A DNA stretch of 64,000 bases from Octopus bimaculoides. Lineage: Eukaryota. Both the position numbers and the translations under genes were made by a program. The DNA is taken from positions 64,341,923 through 64,405,922 of the forward strand of contig NC_068993.1 in NCBI RefSeq assembly GCF_001194135.2, in the 5' to 3' direction. The notes below the pieces were generated by a model. It saw only the letters and a list, made by a program, of their open reading frames with translations. It was not told the DNA's origin and did no database searches. Below, piece by piece: positions 63,852 through 64,000 of the stretch. The stretch's first letter is position 1, and each line of letters opens with the position of its first letter.

Positions 63852-64000
63852 CATCAGATCAGACTATTTGTCATCAGATCAGACTATTTGTCATCAGATC
63901 AGACTATTTGTCATCAGATCAGACTATTTGTCATCAGATCAGACTATTTGTCATCAGATCAGACTATTTGTCATCAGATCAGACTATTTGTCATCAGATC
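63852..64000. repeat. Perfect 20-bp tandem array (catcagatcagactatttgt)n, at least 7.4 units, running off the window
   Basis: Directly visible; no mismatch between units. Confidence 0.98.

Noticed and set aside
63852-64000. CRISPR array
   Set aside because: Units are contiguous with no spacers, there are no cas genes, and the context is eukaryotic.

Overview
AT-rich animal nuclear DNA, extremely dense in microsatellites, with 10 assembly gaps. The SINE families, the (TTAGGG)n motif and the (AT)n/(GT)n/(TACA)n load suggest an octopus genome; this is an inference from recalled repeats and was not searched. I cannot identify any host protein-coding gene with confidence. Most ORFs in the supplied track are translations of microsatellites or N-runs, so the window is probably intergenic or inside a large intron. 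What the sequence does support is a transposon graveyard. It holds at least three tRNA-derived SINE families (my labels A, B, C) and five fragments of an R4/Dong-like REL-endonuclease LINE, two of them next to (TAA)n. There is also a 3'-truncated L1/Tx1-like LINE with a CCHC ORF1, an RTE-type endonuclease fragment, and Tigger/pogo and Tc1 transposase remnants. Two clean non-autonomous DNA transposons are present: a mariner derivative with a TA target-site duplication (TSD), and a long-TIR element with a 9-bp TSD and internal (TTAGGG)3. A perfect 20-bp tandem array runs off the right edge. The most interesting unexplained signal is three dispersed type I hammerhead-ribozyme-like cores (36.5, 46.1 and 61.1 kb), each imperfect, which may be Penelope- or retrozyme-type relics. 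All protein-family calls come from motifs recognised by eye; no database search was run.
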